A DNA stretch of 64,000 bases from Camelus ferus (GCF_009834535.1 NC_045696.1:89654001-89718000), one strand, 5' to 3'; positions 25,736 to 38,440 are shown, counted from the stretch's first letter. A program made the numbers and translations. Notes: generated from the sequence alone by a model not told the origin.

Positions 25736-26384
25736 GTGAATTGAATGCTGTTCCATTTTAATATTAGAGGTCAAATGCAGGTTTTCAGTGCAACTTAACA
25801 TAACTGAGCTTATTTTAATGTTAAGTGTCCACCTCATCTTTTCATTTGAACACAGTGGTTTAAACCATAAAAGCCTTTCTGAATTTGGTTGCTTTCAAAG
25901 ACTTGGTAGAATCCTGACGGGTTGAGCTGGGAGGGGCTGGGGATGAGGGAAACAGAAGTGGGTATGCTGCTATTATTCCCTCTCTCCTCTCACCTGATCC
26001 TCCCCAGATGCAAACGGAAAGTACAGTCCTGTATTAGGTTTAAAGAAATAAGGCAGTTGTGACCCACAAATGGAATGAAGAAAGCAAGCTAAGAACATTC
26101 ACCTAGACTTTTTAAGGGACACTGAACTCCAAACAGCAATTAAATTGCAGTCAAACAGGAAAGGGAAGCTTTAAGATGAGGAAATAAAACCCCATGAAGG
26201 AAGACATATTACAATGTAACCTGAGAAATCATGGTTTGAAGATCTGTAGTTGCAAGGGAGTTGCCTTCCATGTTAAATAGAAAAATGTTTGCCTAAAGTT
26301 CTCAATCAAGTGCTGGAGAAAAGGAATTCAGATTTCTGTAAGAAATCTTCTTCCTCCTAAAACCCATACTGTGCTGGGGAGGCT

Positions 26385-26600
26385 GCTCTGTATAGCATTT
26401 GGAGCCACATTACTTGATTTCAAATCCTAGGTCTGATATTTCCTAGCTGTGTGACCTTAGGCAAGTTATATGACCTCTCTGAGTCTCAGTTTCCTCACCC
26501 ATAAAATGGGCATAATAATGGCATCTATCCCATGGTGTTTCAGTAGTGATTAAATACCTATAAGCTCAGAATAGTGAGTGCCTCAGTAATTGTTAGCTGA
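26385..26600 (+). mobile_element. MIR SINE
   Basis: ttcaaatcct...tagctgtgtgaccttaggcaagttatatgacctctctgagtctcagtttcctcacccataaaatggg. Confidence 0.9.
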
Positions 26601-28572
26601 TATTATAATTATTATTACCATCATCATCTGCAGGACGAAATAGTTCAAATCTGCAAAGCAATGCAGCTCCAATGGTCTCTGAGCTTTTTTTCTTTTATAA
26701 GTGATTCTGCATGAAATCCAAGTTTTTGTTTGCATGTTTAGTTTCATACGATCAAATATATTATATACATAGATAGTAAAAATAGCCACATTTGCTTTTT
26801 AACTTCTTTCTGATGACTTAGAACTCTCTCCAGCCTGGGAAGGGAAGGTTACCAGTAGTTATCTAAACCAGGATGGCGATGCTTCAGGAGTGGGTCTTGT
26901 TGCTTATTCTAACCAGTTTGTTCCAGGGCAGCAAGTTTTGAATGTGCCCTTCATACTCTGCTAAGGGGTGTCAAGATGTACCTTAAATTCAACCTGTAGG
27001 ACATGTCAATCACCCTAACAGAAAATGGGAATTAAAGTGAATACTTTCAAGTAGGGATATCTTCAAGGACGTTTACAGTTTTAAATGAAATTGAATATAG
27101 ATGCCAAACTAGAGGAAGAAAAAGGTTTACACAAAATGAATTCATAAACCTATTGACTACTTAATTAACCCAATTTTACACTGATGATCTGATCAGTAAT
27201 TTTGTTTGTTAATTGCCTGAATGTGCTTTATTATCTTACTTTTATTCTGGATAAAGTGTATAGTTCAATATTAAGTGTAACTTCAATACTCTCTCTGGCC
27301 AGCAGTATAAAATATGGGAAAACCATATTTTGAAGATTTAACCACAAATTCCACCAATCATATAGCTCCAATAGTGTCTGTTATGCTTTTCTTGTAGAAT
27401 TTCAGAAATGAATGAAAACGGAGATTTTTTTTTCCTATTTGTAAAGTAAATCAATTTTTTGATATTTATCAAAGTGACAGTATTTTTATGATTTTAACTA
27501 TGTGATGTATGATTAATTGTCTAGGTCTTCATATTTTGTGTCCAAAAATTTTTTGTTTGGGTTTATTTCTGACTTACTTTCATGATCTCTTTATTTATAC
27601 TGACTTAGAATTAAGGTTTTAAAACGTTAAAGAATTTAATACTTATCTGGTTAATTGTAGAATTACATACAGAACTTTGGAAACAAGGGGAAATCATCTA
27701 TTCCAACATCTTCATCTAAAAGAGCTAAAAACTCAAATCCAGAGAAGATATTTTCCTGGCTAAGGAAATAATTTATAGCCTTTCAGATATCCCTTGTCAT
27801 TGGTAGAGGGTTTTTAGCGTCTGCAGTTTTGACCCAATATTTTGACCTCAAGGACATTTTTAAAATAAACATTTCAGTCAGAATTATACCAATATTAAAT
27901 AATTTGGTTCAAGAAAGTACTTTCTGGAGTGAAAATCATTAGGACAATTTAATTCCCTGATTAATTGTCTATAGAGTGCATTTAATGGTTTTTCATATTT
28001 TTCCACTTTCATTTTTATATTACTAAAATTACTTTCACCAGGATCAATTCTTTCACTTCAATTTTACATCAAGTATTCATTTTTGTCATTGATATATTAG
28101 TTTTTTTAATGATTATAGCTTTGGCCATAATGAGTCTTTCTCTTTCAGCCATTATTTCTACAAAGTGCAGTTTTCTCAGGTGAGTGTTTTCATAACAAAA
28201 TTTCTCAGAAATATTTTATCTTTTCGCCAATGTTCAGTTGATAAATTTTATTGAATATAGTTTCAGTACTTGCAAAGTTTTGATTCTAACAGTAATAGTA
28301 AAAACACTCCTACCAGGATTAATTCATAGTATATAAATTACTTATAATTTGTGTTTACTTCTTAGCTAACCCATGAGAAAAATTGTAAGGAATTTTATAG
28401 TGAGAGAGGGGGAGAATGATTCAGAAACATACAGGGAGTCAAAGAGAAAAGGCAGAGAGGAGTAGAGAGAATGACACAGTGGGACCCAGCAGTACAGGCG
28501 GAGGCAGAAGCAGAGGGGCTTTGGTAAGTGGATTAGCATCCTCTTCAGTGCACTATTGGGGCCAAAATATAT

Positions 28573-30102
28573 GGAGGAGGAGAACATCAAGATGGCAGAG
28601 TAGGGGGACATGGAGCTCACTTCCCAGCCAAGAAGACATAAAAAATTCATCTACATGTGGAATAATTCTCACTAGTAACTAACTGGAAATTGGCAGAAGG
28701 ACTCCTGTACAAGCAAGGTTGTAAGAAAGATCCCACAGAATTGGGTAGGAGGGAAGACAAGCGATCAGGATGGGACGTGTGCCCCTGGGAGGGGACACAG
28801 GAGAGGAGGGGGATTACACTGGTGGAGATCTTCCCTGGGAGTTAGTGGTTAGAGCCACATATTGGGCACCCCAGCCCTGGGGTCCAACTCCGGCAGGATG
28901 AGTCCCCTTAGATGGCTTGAAAACCAGTGGGACTAACAGGAGGGCTATAATAAACCTAGGCTCTGCTCGTGAAGAGTGCACACATGCTGGTTTATTCCCA
29001 AAAGAAGGGGGAGGAAACACTGAAGCTGCATGGGATTCTGGTCAGTTTCCCACCACTGCCATGGCACCCGCTCCAGTTTGAACCAAGTTCCTGCTCCAGC
29101 CCTGCTTGCTTTGTGATGCAGCTCCATTCTAGGGTGAAGGCTGTCATGGCCGATGGGAGTGCTCAGTTGTGAGGGATGGAGTCGGCTCAGACATGAAACA
29201 GCATCTGAATATGGCAGGAGCAGCCATTAATGGTGCTCATGGAACCACTCCCAATGCGCTTCAGAACTCTGACTGGGGCTGGGACCATCACAGCCCATGC
29301 CCTGACCTATGCCGAGCACCCACTCCACCTCCTTTTGCTCCAGCACTGCTTCCTTCTTGGGTGAAGGTGCAGGGGCAGGGAAAGCACACACTTACAGGGA
29401 ATGAACTAGCTCAGACCCAACCCTCAGGGCTTCAGTTCAAGCAACGTGGGAACCGACCCTGCCCCCAGTAGGGTGATACTGGCTGCTGAGCAAAGGAGAA
29501 GCCCAGCTCTAGCCCCTCCATTTTCAGCCTCACCTTCTACCGAGGTGATAGCTGTCAGCACACTTTGGGGGAAGACATGACTTGTGCTCATGCCAGATCC
29601 AGCTCTCCCAGCAAAGCCACTGGGCACCCATAAGCTGTACAGGCCCACTGCTGCACAAGGACACTCCTTCAATAGGTAACTGTTGCACCTAATCTCATAG
29701 AGACAGAGAAAGTTAAGCAAAATGAGAAGACAGAGGAATTTGTTTCAACTGAAAGAACAAGAGAAAAACCCCTGAAAAAACAGCTAATGAAACAGAAATA
29801 ATCTACCAGATGAAAGAGTTCAAAGCATTAGTAATAACAATGCCAACTGAATTCAAGAAAAGAATAGATGAACCCAGAAAAAAATGTGACAATGAATATA
29901 TGTATATTCATGTATAACTGAAAAATTGTGCTCTACACTGGAATTTGGCACATTGTAAACTGACTGTAACTCAATAAAAACATGTTTAAAAAAAAAAAAG
30001 AATAGATGAACCCAGTGAGAATTTTAACAAGGTACTAGAAAACATAAAGGAACCAATCATAAGAATAACTGAAATGAAAAACACACTAGGAGGAATTAAT
30101 TC
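28573..30102 (+). mobile_element. L1 5'UTR plus disrupted ORF1 N-terminus, 3'-truncated
   Basis: Starts ggaggaggagaacatcaagatggcagagtag (L1 5' end with YY1-like aagatggc), then about 1.15 kb GC-richer UTR. ATG at 29722 gives MRRQRNLFQLKEQEK...; with frameshifts EFKALVITM...KKRIDEPSENFNK...ITEMKNTLGGIN (L1 ORF1p). Confidence 0.9.
29878..29995 (+). mobile_element. young, extremely 5'-truncated L1 3' end inserted into the older L1 ORF1
   Basis: aaaatgtgacaatgaatatatg...tcaataaaaacatgttt-polyA; perfect TSD aaaagaatagatgaacccag at 29858-29877 and 29996-30015. Confidence 0.92.
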
Positions 30103-30564
30103 CCGGTATAGAGGTGGCTGCATCGTAGCTCAGTTTTCTTGTGAAAGGCTGGGACTGGGATTTGGGGTGCCTAGAGAAGAGCTCTGTATGCTAGGGCTTG
30201 CATCTGCCTTTCCCACAAGCCTGGGGGAGGGACATGGGGCAGCATCACCTCTGTTATCTTCTGGAGCGTGAGTCTCCACTGCCTTAGGAAGCAGGATGCT
30301 CTAGGTGTCCCTGCTGGGATCCTGCGGCTACCCACATGCCTGAATATGATTTCTTTATATGATCAGGGCCGACAAGAATGGTTGTCATCAATTAAGGGAT
30401 TCTTATTAATTATTAAAATAAGCCTTAACTTTAATCCATCAGTTTGATTAACTCCACTTCCTCAAACTTTAACATAGCTATTTTTTTCTACCCATATGAT
30501 TACACTATTGAGTCGTCTGTCATTTCCTATCCTGACTTGTCAGGCTTTTATTCTTACCCTCAAG

Positions 30565-30720
30565 TGTAGACTCTACCTTCTAGACTTGACACTGTCATTA
30601 ACTATCTGGTGAACTTGACTAAGTCCCTTAACCCCTCAGACACTCAGTTGCCTTACCTTAAATGATGATGGGGTTGGTCAGAAAGGTCTCTAAATTTTCT
30701 TCCAATTTTGAAAGCCTATG
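30565..30720 (+). mobile_element. MIR/MIR3 fragment
   Basis: gtcattaactatctggtgaacttgactaagtcccttaacccctc...ctcagttgcc...ggggttgg...aggtctctaa. Confidence 0.65.
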
Positions 30721-30749
30721 ATCTAAGCCTCAATTACTTTCCAGTTGTG

Positions 30750-30778
30750 AGTTCATTCAAGAGTTCAAAACCAGTTCA
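30750..30778 (+). promoter_or_regulatory. candidate nuclear-receptor element: three AGTTCA half-sites (DR6 + DR5, RARE-like)
   Basis: AGTTCA ttcaag AGTTCA aaacc AGTTCA; motif only, no functional data. Confidence 0.4.
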
Positions 30779-31439
30779 AAGCCATCAACGAATTACTGGG
30801 ATTTTAATTCATTTTTGCCAGCATTTTAATGCCTGTGCATGAGTCACTGTCAAATTGAATTTGGCTGATTAGTAACATATCTGATTTAAAGTCCTTGTCA
30901 GAACGATGTGTCCCCAAGGTATGTGCTCATTGTTTCCCAGCCTACCCTTCCTTTATTTTTCACCCTTTTAAATCTCGTTTCTGACTGTGGAACTAAAGGT
31001 TTTAGCCTCATCTAAACTTTGACTCCACCATCCTGGGCCTCCCTGTTGGGTGCATGCATTGTTCACCATTTGCCCCTAGATTGTTTTCTCTGATAGAAGG
31101 AAAAACTGTTTTTAATTAAATCAGTGGCTCTGTCACCAAATGTCATTAGAAATGTGTTGGGTCAGGTAGTAGCTTATTCTTATTTCACAATCTGATCATT
31201 CTAATCACTTGAGGTTATCATTCAACATCTATGGGAAATTAACTTTGCATTGTGTCAGTACCATCTTCAAATAACCTCATGGAACATTTTAATGTAAAAA
31301 CTCTGGGTCTGGCCAAACATTCTGATGATGAGAAACATCTGGATTGTCAATAACATGGAAGTTAAATGTGCTGACAAGGTCTTAAATTTTCCTTTAAATT
31401 ATGTTTAGGTGCTGAAACAACTTCAAATGTAGATCTAAT

Positions 31440-31620
31440 CCATATGCCTGTTTTTACCTGTCACCTCAATTTCTGGTTTACTTGAATAACTTCCCCACTA
31501 GGCTGTGGGTGAGCTTCCTGGACAGGGCACTGCCATCTGCCTTCACTTATCTTGGTATTCTCAGCCCCTGGGACAGTGCCTGGCACAGAGGAGGCATTTA
31601 GTGATGCTGCTTAAATGAGC
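31440..31620 (+). mobile_element. L2 3' end
   Basis: ttccccactaggctgtg...gagcttcctggacagggcac...cagtgcctggcacagaggaggcatttagt. Confidence 0.75.
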
Positions 31621-31930
31621 CACCTCACTGTTGGTACCCGCATCATGCTGTCACCCACTTGGGGCAAGTCTTTGGCAACAGGGGACGGCAGGTAGAAGCA
31701 GATGGGAGCCCAGTTCACCTAATGATTTTCTTGTGTCCCCAGACTCTATCTACTCAAAAGAAGATGCTACAACCTCCACCAAGGACTTCTAAGGCTGCCT
31801 AGTACTTCATGAGGATCGTGGGGACAGGGAAAAGCACAGGCAGAGAAAAGACAAAGATGTTAGTTTATTATTGCATTTCACTTAGCCGTATCAGGAAAAT
31901 TGCCAAGAAATGAGTTACAGTTATATTTAC

Positions 31931-32114
31931 TTTTTATTTATTTATTTTTGTTGTTGTTGTTGTTTATGTTTATTTCTATTTATTTATTTATTTTCTGGGG
32001 GGAGGTAATTCGGTTTCCTTATTTATTTATTCTCAATGGAGGCACTGGGGATTGAACCCAAGACCTTGCGCATGCTAGGCATGCACTCTACCACTGAGCT
32101 ATACCCTCCTCCTT
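31931..32114 (-). mobile_element. tRNA-Ala-derived SINE (vic-1 type) with microsatellite-expanded tail
   Basis: Minus strand reads gggtatagctcagtggtagagtgcatgcctagcatgcgcaaggtcttgggttcaatccccagtgcctcca (A and B boxes). Perfect TSD cagttatatttac at 31918-31930 and 32115-32127. Confidence 0.92.
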
Positions 32115-34964
32115 CAGTTATATTTACCTTTTAAGTGAATTTTTCTCTTTCAACTCTGTGCTAGGTTGTGGGGGTTATTATTATTGGGAGGGGCTGGAAA
32201 TGGTTAAGTAATCAGAAATTTTCTTAAAGCAGGATAGAGATTCTCCCAACTCAATCCCTATTTTTTGTCTTGGGACTGATTTTTTTTTTTTTAAGATTTT
32301 ACATAAGGTCTGCATAATATAGATAGTTTGTATTTTACACGTTTTTCAGTTTGCAACTATATCTCATGCCATTTGATTTCCACAGTAAATCCATATGGTG
32401 TGCACTGGGCTGATATTGTTTCCCCATTTTGTAGAGGAGGAAAGAATTGATGGTGGGAGGAAGTCAAAGTAAGTTAGGAGGTGACTTATCAAGATATCAA
32501 CTCGGGTTCTTGAATTCAAGGAAAATTCAAAACGACCCTAGGGCTGGTTTCTACTCTGCCAGGAAGTTGTGTTTGGTTTGTCCCAAGGACAACTGAATGT
32601 CAGGCATTTTCATGGTAGATACTGACCTGACTACAAAGATACCCACTGATGTTCCTTTTCAGGTTAGGACCCGAGCAGTTTATCTGGAATTCTTTCTTCA
32701 TACAGTAGTGACTTTCAGGAGTAAGACCTAGGCTCTCTGCTCCATCTATAGTTGGCTTTGCCATCAAGGAAGGAATAATACACACCGAATAATGAAAGAA
32801 CACTCCTCTTAGACAGTTAATGTAGATCTCCTCCTACCCCGAATGTCTCAGTGAGAGAGCCATGGACACCTGTCCCTCTGTTTTGAGAACAGTTGGAGGA
32901 CAGGAGGTCAGTAGCCCACGACGTGCTCCATGTCTGCCAGCAGAGCCGCACTGGGTTAGCAGTGCAGGGAATGCTCTCCCTGAACCAGCATTTACAGATG
33001 CTTTTGCATCCAGGCAATTCTCACCACCAGCAGATGATGCCCCAGCCAGTGAGTAATTAAATTTCATTTACTTTGTCACTGACTGGGTAATGGTAGTACT
33101 TTCTCTTGATTTATGACAGATGTTGGCCAAAGAGCCCTTCAGAAATTGGGAGGTTTTTGGTATTTCAAGAGAATTAGGCTCTGACGCTCTTTAGTAGACA
33201 CAGGGTTGGAAACCTGACATCCTCCCCATCTTTAATCTCTAAGATCCAACAACACAACAGCCAATTAAGTGAACAACCAGGCTTTGTGCCTTATCAGGCA
33301 CTGTTTCTATCACTGAAGGACTGAGCAGACTGAACAATTTGTGTATTTGGGTTAAACATATTTCAGAAATGAATGCACTCAGCCATCTGAGTTTATATTC
33401 AGAAATAAAATTATGTTTAAATATAGAAACAATTGGCTTCCCTCTATGCTGAAGACATTGCTAATGAATTTTCTAGAGACGAGCACCACAGTTTTCTGTA
33501 CTCCAGTGATGCTCAGGATTCACGGTTCATAGATTCCCAAGTCGTTCATTTGTGATAGGCACAGAACTGTAGGTGACTGATGGCTGGTTTCTTGGAAGTC
33601 AAGCTCTTAGAAACATTATGTGTGAGTGTAGGAGTCATTTTGGCTATAATTTCAAGTGTCATATTCTACCTAGAATGGACTGAAGCCAATATTTTCATTA
33701 CTAACTTCCTTCAATTAACTTTGCTTTATCCTAGCAGGCGAACACGTCTTATTGTCACTCAGTGTCAGAAGGCAATTAACCCATTGACATAACATGAGAA
33801 AAAAAATGTTCAAAGACAAAGCAAACACGCCAGGGAAAAATTACTTGGTGATTTTCTCTTCTTAATTTACTTTGCAACCATCAAAGCTTGCCGCCAGCTC
33901 TTGTTTGGAAACTTTCCCTTTTTTTTTTTTTTTTTTACAAAGTTGCAGTTTCTTCAGCCCTGTAAACACAGGAAGTCCATGAATTAATCTAACCCATCCT
34001 CTAACAAAGAGATTGCAGCAGCTGCATCCTGGGCTTCTACTGGCTTCTGGAAATGTGTCAGTGTTCCTTTCTTCATGTAGGGAACAGCCAGAGGTCAGTA
34101 GAGGGCATTCCTTGAGCAACTACAGAGTGAATCTGTGAATCATCTTGGAATTTTCTATGCTGTGCAAGTAAGGGACACCCAAGGCCAAGGGGAGAGACAG
34201 CCACAGAGGCAATCAGGAGAGAATCAAATCTGCCAAGTGGAGCCAGGAGCCCGGGCTGTAGCCCTCTGGCTCTTGCCATCCATTACTTCAGAGGGAAACA
34301 TCCTGGAAACAGATGCCCAGGAATACTACCCATGCAAATACTTCCACAATACATCCTCCTGCTTTCTCAGTTCTGTCTCTTGCTGAGAAGGGTAGAGCAT
34401 CTCCAAACGTGGTTCAATTCTTCTCCTTCAGATCTCTTCATCCAGACAGGGAGGTAGGGGAAAGAGTGAGGGTCCATCTGTCCAGGAGAGCCCCCAGTTA
34501 CCTGCTTTGCACTGGGTCGCCTGGTCTGCAGAGGGAGGCCCCTCAGAGACTTCTCATCGCTCCATTGTCACAGGAAGGAGCATCATGGATGAGGTTCTGG
34601 AGACCCAGAGAGGTTAAGCTGCTTTTCCAGGCTCACATGGCTAACTGGTGATGGAGGTGGCTTCCTTCCAAATCCCTACTCTTACCCAGGGTCTGGGATT
34701 TTCTGGGCTGGAGCAGTGGACCTCTAAGGAGTAAGGGCCTAAACCTGATGAGTCCCCTGGACAGGCTGGGCCCGGGGAGGTACCAGGTGAAGAGGGCAGC
34801 CTGCAAGTCTACGAAGGGCGCTTCCTCGTGGAGGTGTCTTTCTTGTCACCTCCTTTGGTGTGTTGTCCCTCAACTCTGAAGTTGAGCCACATGCCCCTCT
34901 GTGATTCCACTTCGGCACCCATCCTGATGTAATCAAGTTGTCTTCTCCAATTGATTAATATTAA

Positions 34965-35140
34965 TGGCTAACTTTTACTGAACATTTACTATGTTCCAGG
35001 AACTCTTCTAAGTGCTCTAAAATACTGCCTCCTTTAATTTTCACAACAATCCTGTAAGGAGATTTCTAGTACTATCCTCATGCTATGGATGAAGAAACTG
35101 GGGCTCGCATAAGAATCTTGCTTGAGGGCACACAGCTAAA
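34965..35140 (-). mobile_element. MIR SINE
   Basis: tttactgaacatttactatgttccagg...ttcacaacaatcctgtaagg...ggatgaagaaactggggctc. Confidence 0.8.
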
Positions 35141-36679
35141 AAGACCTTTCAGCATATTTGGTAACTATTAGTTTGTTCCCCCCATTTGTTTTTAAACAAG
35201 GTCAGGCAAGATTATCCATTCTGGAAGAGCAGACGGGCCAGTAGAGACTATTTCTGCTATTTAAGGGAGCACACGTCCCAGCCTCTTCTTACTTTTCCTC
35301 TGTTCCTTTAGTCAAGTGTGTGTCCACCATCAAGAAGGACAACCAGCCATGACTGCGTTATGAGGGGAGTTTGGTACAAAGTGTTGGATGGACAAACTGG
35401 AGGGAGCCACAAACTGCCTGGGAAGCAAGAGAGATTGCAGAGAGACACAAACTTGGGATGTGGGTCCAAAAGGATCTGTAGGGGCCTCCAGGTGCAGGAG
35501 GGCACAGGGCTCGCACGGAGAGAAACAGCTCGCGTAGAGACACGAAAGAGCCCTAGACGGTGTTAAGTATCTGGAAGGTTTGTCTAAACTATAATTTATA
35601 ATGCAGGATATAATTATTAATCATTTGAGGATTTAAACAACTTAAAGCTTGAAGGCATTTGGCTGTAGCACAAAACCACTGAAACCTAGACGTTCCACAT
35701 CGATAGCTGCGTTCTGTGCCCTGAGGTTCCCAGCTGTCTTTTTCTGTCTCGCTCCGGGCTTTTATGCTGCAGTGCATTAGGGGAGGATCAGTTTAAAGAT
35801 CTTACTACTATCCCACAGAACACAGCCAAGCACGTTCGTCTCTATTAGCTTTCTGACATATCACCTACCAGGGCGAGGGACTTTTTTTTTTGTTCCTAGC
35901 AATGGTCAAATTAATGCTACTCCAATAGTGAAATGTCTTTATATGAAGTTGATTACCTTAAAATAAAACAAGCTAACATATCCTCAGAAATCTGCATTCA
36001 AATGGAATCTGGTTAGCCCTCTCTGGTCTAAAATGCCTGTGATGACAGGAAACTCATCAAAAGATGGAAAATTATTTCATTACCAAAAGCCAGCATTAAT
36101 TAATTAGACAACCAGAATCCAACCATAAGGCCCAGAGAACTGGAAATTCAACTGGGGCCCCACTTATGAAAGCTGAGGGGAAGTCCTTTCAATTCCCCTT
36201 GTATTTGCTGTCTCTGTTTTAGGTATGAAAGGTCTACACCAATCTCTACACCCCAAACTGGGTCTTTCTACATCTGAGTTCTCAGAGCTACTGAATTAGA
36301 ATCTCCAGGGGTAGTGCCCAGGGCAGAGAATAGAGGGTGAGGAAAAGATTGTGGCAAATGCATGTTGAGAGATACTTTACCCACAGGACAGGCAGGGGAA
36401 AAAGAGTCCTGGAAACAAATCACCTTGGAGATGACAGATTTTTATGGATTCCTTCTTTTCAGCAAGTCAAGACACAGGAAACAGAGGATGAAAAGGTCCT
36501 ATTTCAGTCCAGCAGAAGCCGTCCATGATGAAAGTTTTGCTATAGTGGGGAAGGGGACAGTAGTGAGGCACGTCTACCTGTCTTTGCTGTATCTGTGAGA
36601 AAGGGACATGTCCTGCCCTCCAGCAGACAGCGAGCTGGGCCAAGAGGGACCCACACTCATTTTCTATTGACGAATACCT

Positions 36680-37210
36680 GACCAGGCTCTTGGAACCAAA
36701 AGGAAATTTTGGAATACAATTTGGGGTCTTTAGAAGGATACAAAAAGATATAGTGTCTATGAAACAAGAGCAGAAAACATAAGGAGAGAGAAAAAGAGAA
36801 CAGGATGAGATAAACAGACATATGAGTAAGATAAGTCAAGATTGTAAGGATGCTAAGCATGCAATGGCAGAATAAATCCATACTGGAGACAGTAAAATCA
36901 GAGTTGAAGTCATAAAATCAAGTCCTGGGCAAATTTGAGACGCTTCCCCAGGATGCAGAGGAAGGGAAAAAAGAACTAAAAATGATGAGAGAGATAATGA
37001 TAAATGTGGAGGACAATCAAGGGAGCTCCCACTTAAGATTTATGTTTTCTTAAGAAAGAAGCCAGAAGAATTAGAATGAAAGCAATACAGTCATTCCTAA
37101 AGGAAACTTTCCTGAGGTAAACAGTTACTGAGCCTGAGAGGGTGCACTAGGAGAGGGAGATTTAACACACAATAGAAAGAGAAGGCGTGAGCACTGGTAA
37201 GGATGCTGAC
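36680..37210 (+). mobile_element. ancient L1M/HAL1 ORF1-region remnant
   Basis: Purine-rich decayed ORF1-like text (atgagagagataatgataaatgtggaggac...aaaggaaactttcctgag...ctgagagggtgcac). Confidence 0.5.
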
Positions 37211-37434
37211 CATGCTAGGTGAATGGTGGCTCCTACTATGCACTGAGCTGGGGTGTGGCTGCGGTGGGATTTGACTTCTCAATGTGGCAGAGCAGTGCTA
37301 GACTCAGACATGTCAGAGCTCCTGAGTCTTTACCATGACATTGATCTTGGATCTGGAGTCTAGCCCTGTACCTGCCCACCTTCTGCCTCTACCCTCAGCC
37401 AACTCTGCCCCAGTCAAGCTTGGGTCTCCTCCTC

Positions 37435-37680
37435 TACGGTTGCCAGATTTAGCAAATAAAAATACAGGATGCCTAGTTAACCTTGAATTTCAGATAAAAA
37501 CAAACTGCAATATACTAATTGCATACAATATACACAATATACTTATTACATACAATATATACTATATATAAGTATACCTATTGCATACAATATACACAGG
37601 ATGTATACTATATACACCAAGAAAGTATTGGTTTCTCTGGAATTCAAATTTGAAATCCTGTATTTTATCTGGCAACAATA
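37435..37680 (-). mobile_element. MER53 palindromic hAT MITE with AT-rich expanded centre
   Basis: Arms ggttgccagatttagcaaataaaaatacaggatgcctagtt and aattcaaatttgaaatcctgtattttatctggcaac are inverted repeats. Confidence 0.88.
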
Positions 37681-38267
37681 CCCCCTTCACCAGCCCTGAC
37701 TTTTGTCTAACATTTGTCTTCTCTTCCCTCTGCTCTAAGACTCATGAATACTATTTGAAGGTCTGCGGTTCACTTGCTGATACTCTGGCTAGTACTTACT
37801 TGAAAAATGCTAACATGAAACAAGGGAGAATATTAGTAAATATTTACTGTCTAACAGTTTTTCACAGTATACTCTCTTTGGTTTGAGGAGCCATGCAGGC
37901 TCTAATTATTTCTAATTCTGCTTAAAAAAAAAAAAAAGATTTGCCAAAGCCTGGTGTTAGAATACATACTTTTGGTTAATAGAATGAGTATTACACATGG
38001 GTAGAGTCTATCTAAGAAAACTGACATTTATTTTAAATTATATATATTTGCATGTCAAGTTGTAGGAAAAATGTTCTCCAAAATCTTTACAGTAATGACC
38101 TCTGGGTAATAAAATTTTTGAGTGCTATTTAGTTTCTTGTTTATGTTTTTCTGGGTTTATGAAGTGTTAACATGAGAATTTAATATTTCACAATAAAAAT
38201 AAAGATACTTTCATTGTTAAAAGTTAGTTATTTTTAAAGATGGTACAGGCCTCAAAACGTCTTACTA

Positions 38268-38440
38268 GCAGTTTCTAAACTTGATTGTGCATCAGGATCG
38301 TGGGAGGAGTTCTTTAAAAATGCAGATGACTTCCTGGGTTTTACTTCTAACCTAATAAATCACTATTTCCAGAGGTCAGCTCAGGAACCTGTGTTTGGAA
38401 AAGTTTCCCCAGTGGTTCAGATGGGGCATAGCGGCCTTTG
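38268..38440. mobile_element. MER5-type hAT-Charlie MITE
   Basis: cagtttctaaacttgattgtgcatcaggatc...tttaaaaatgcagat...ctcaggaacctgtgttt...ccccagtggttc. Confidence 0.65.

Noticed and set aside
32040..32112. tRNA-Ala gene
   Set aside because: Has a SINE tail and TSD plus stem mismatches; it is a SINE head.
32600..32803. Minus ORF with GLTPESHYC and a CAG|gtcagt donor, faintly like a cytokine-receptor FN3 strand
   Set aside because: Similarity is limited to a few residues, the acceptor is poor and no partner exons were found.
33022..33043. CTCF-like ccagcagatgatgc
   Set aside because: Mismatches at the core GGC positions.
37540..37625. miR-1302 family member
   Set aside because: The MER53 centre is scrambled; no TTGGGACATACTT-like mature sequence.
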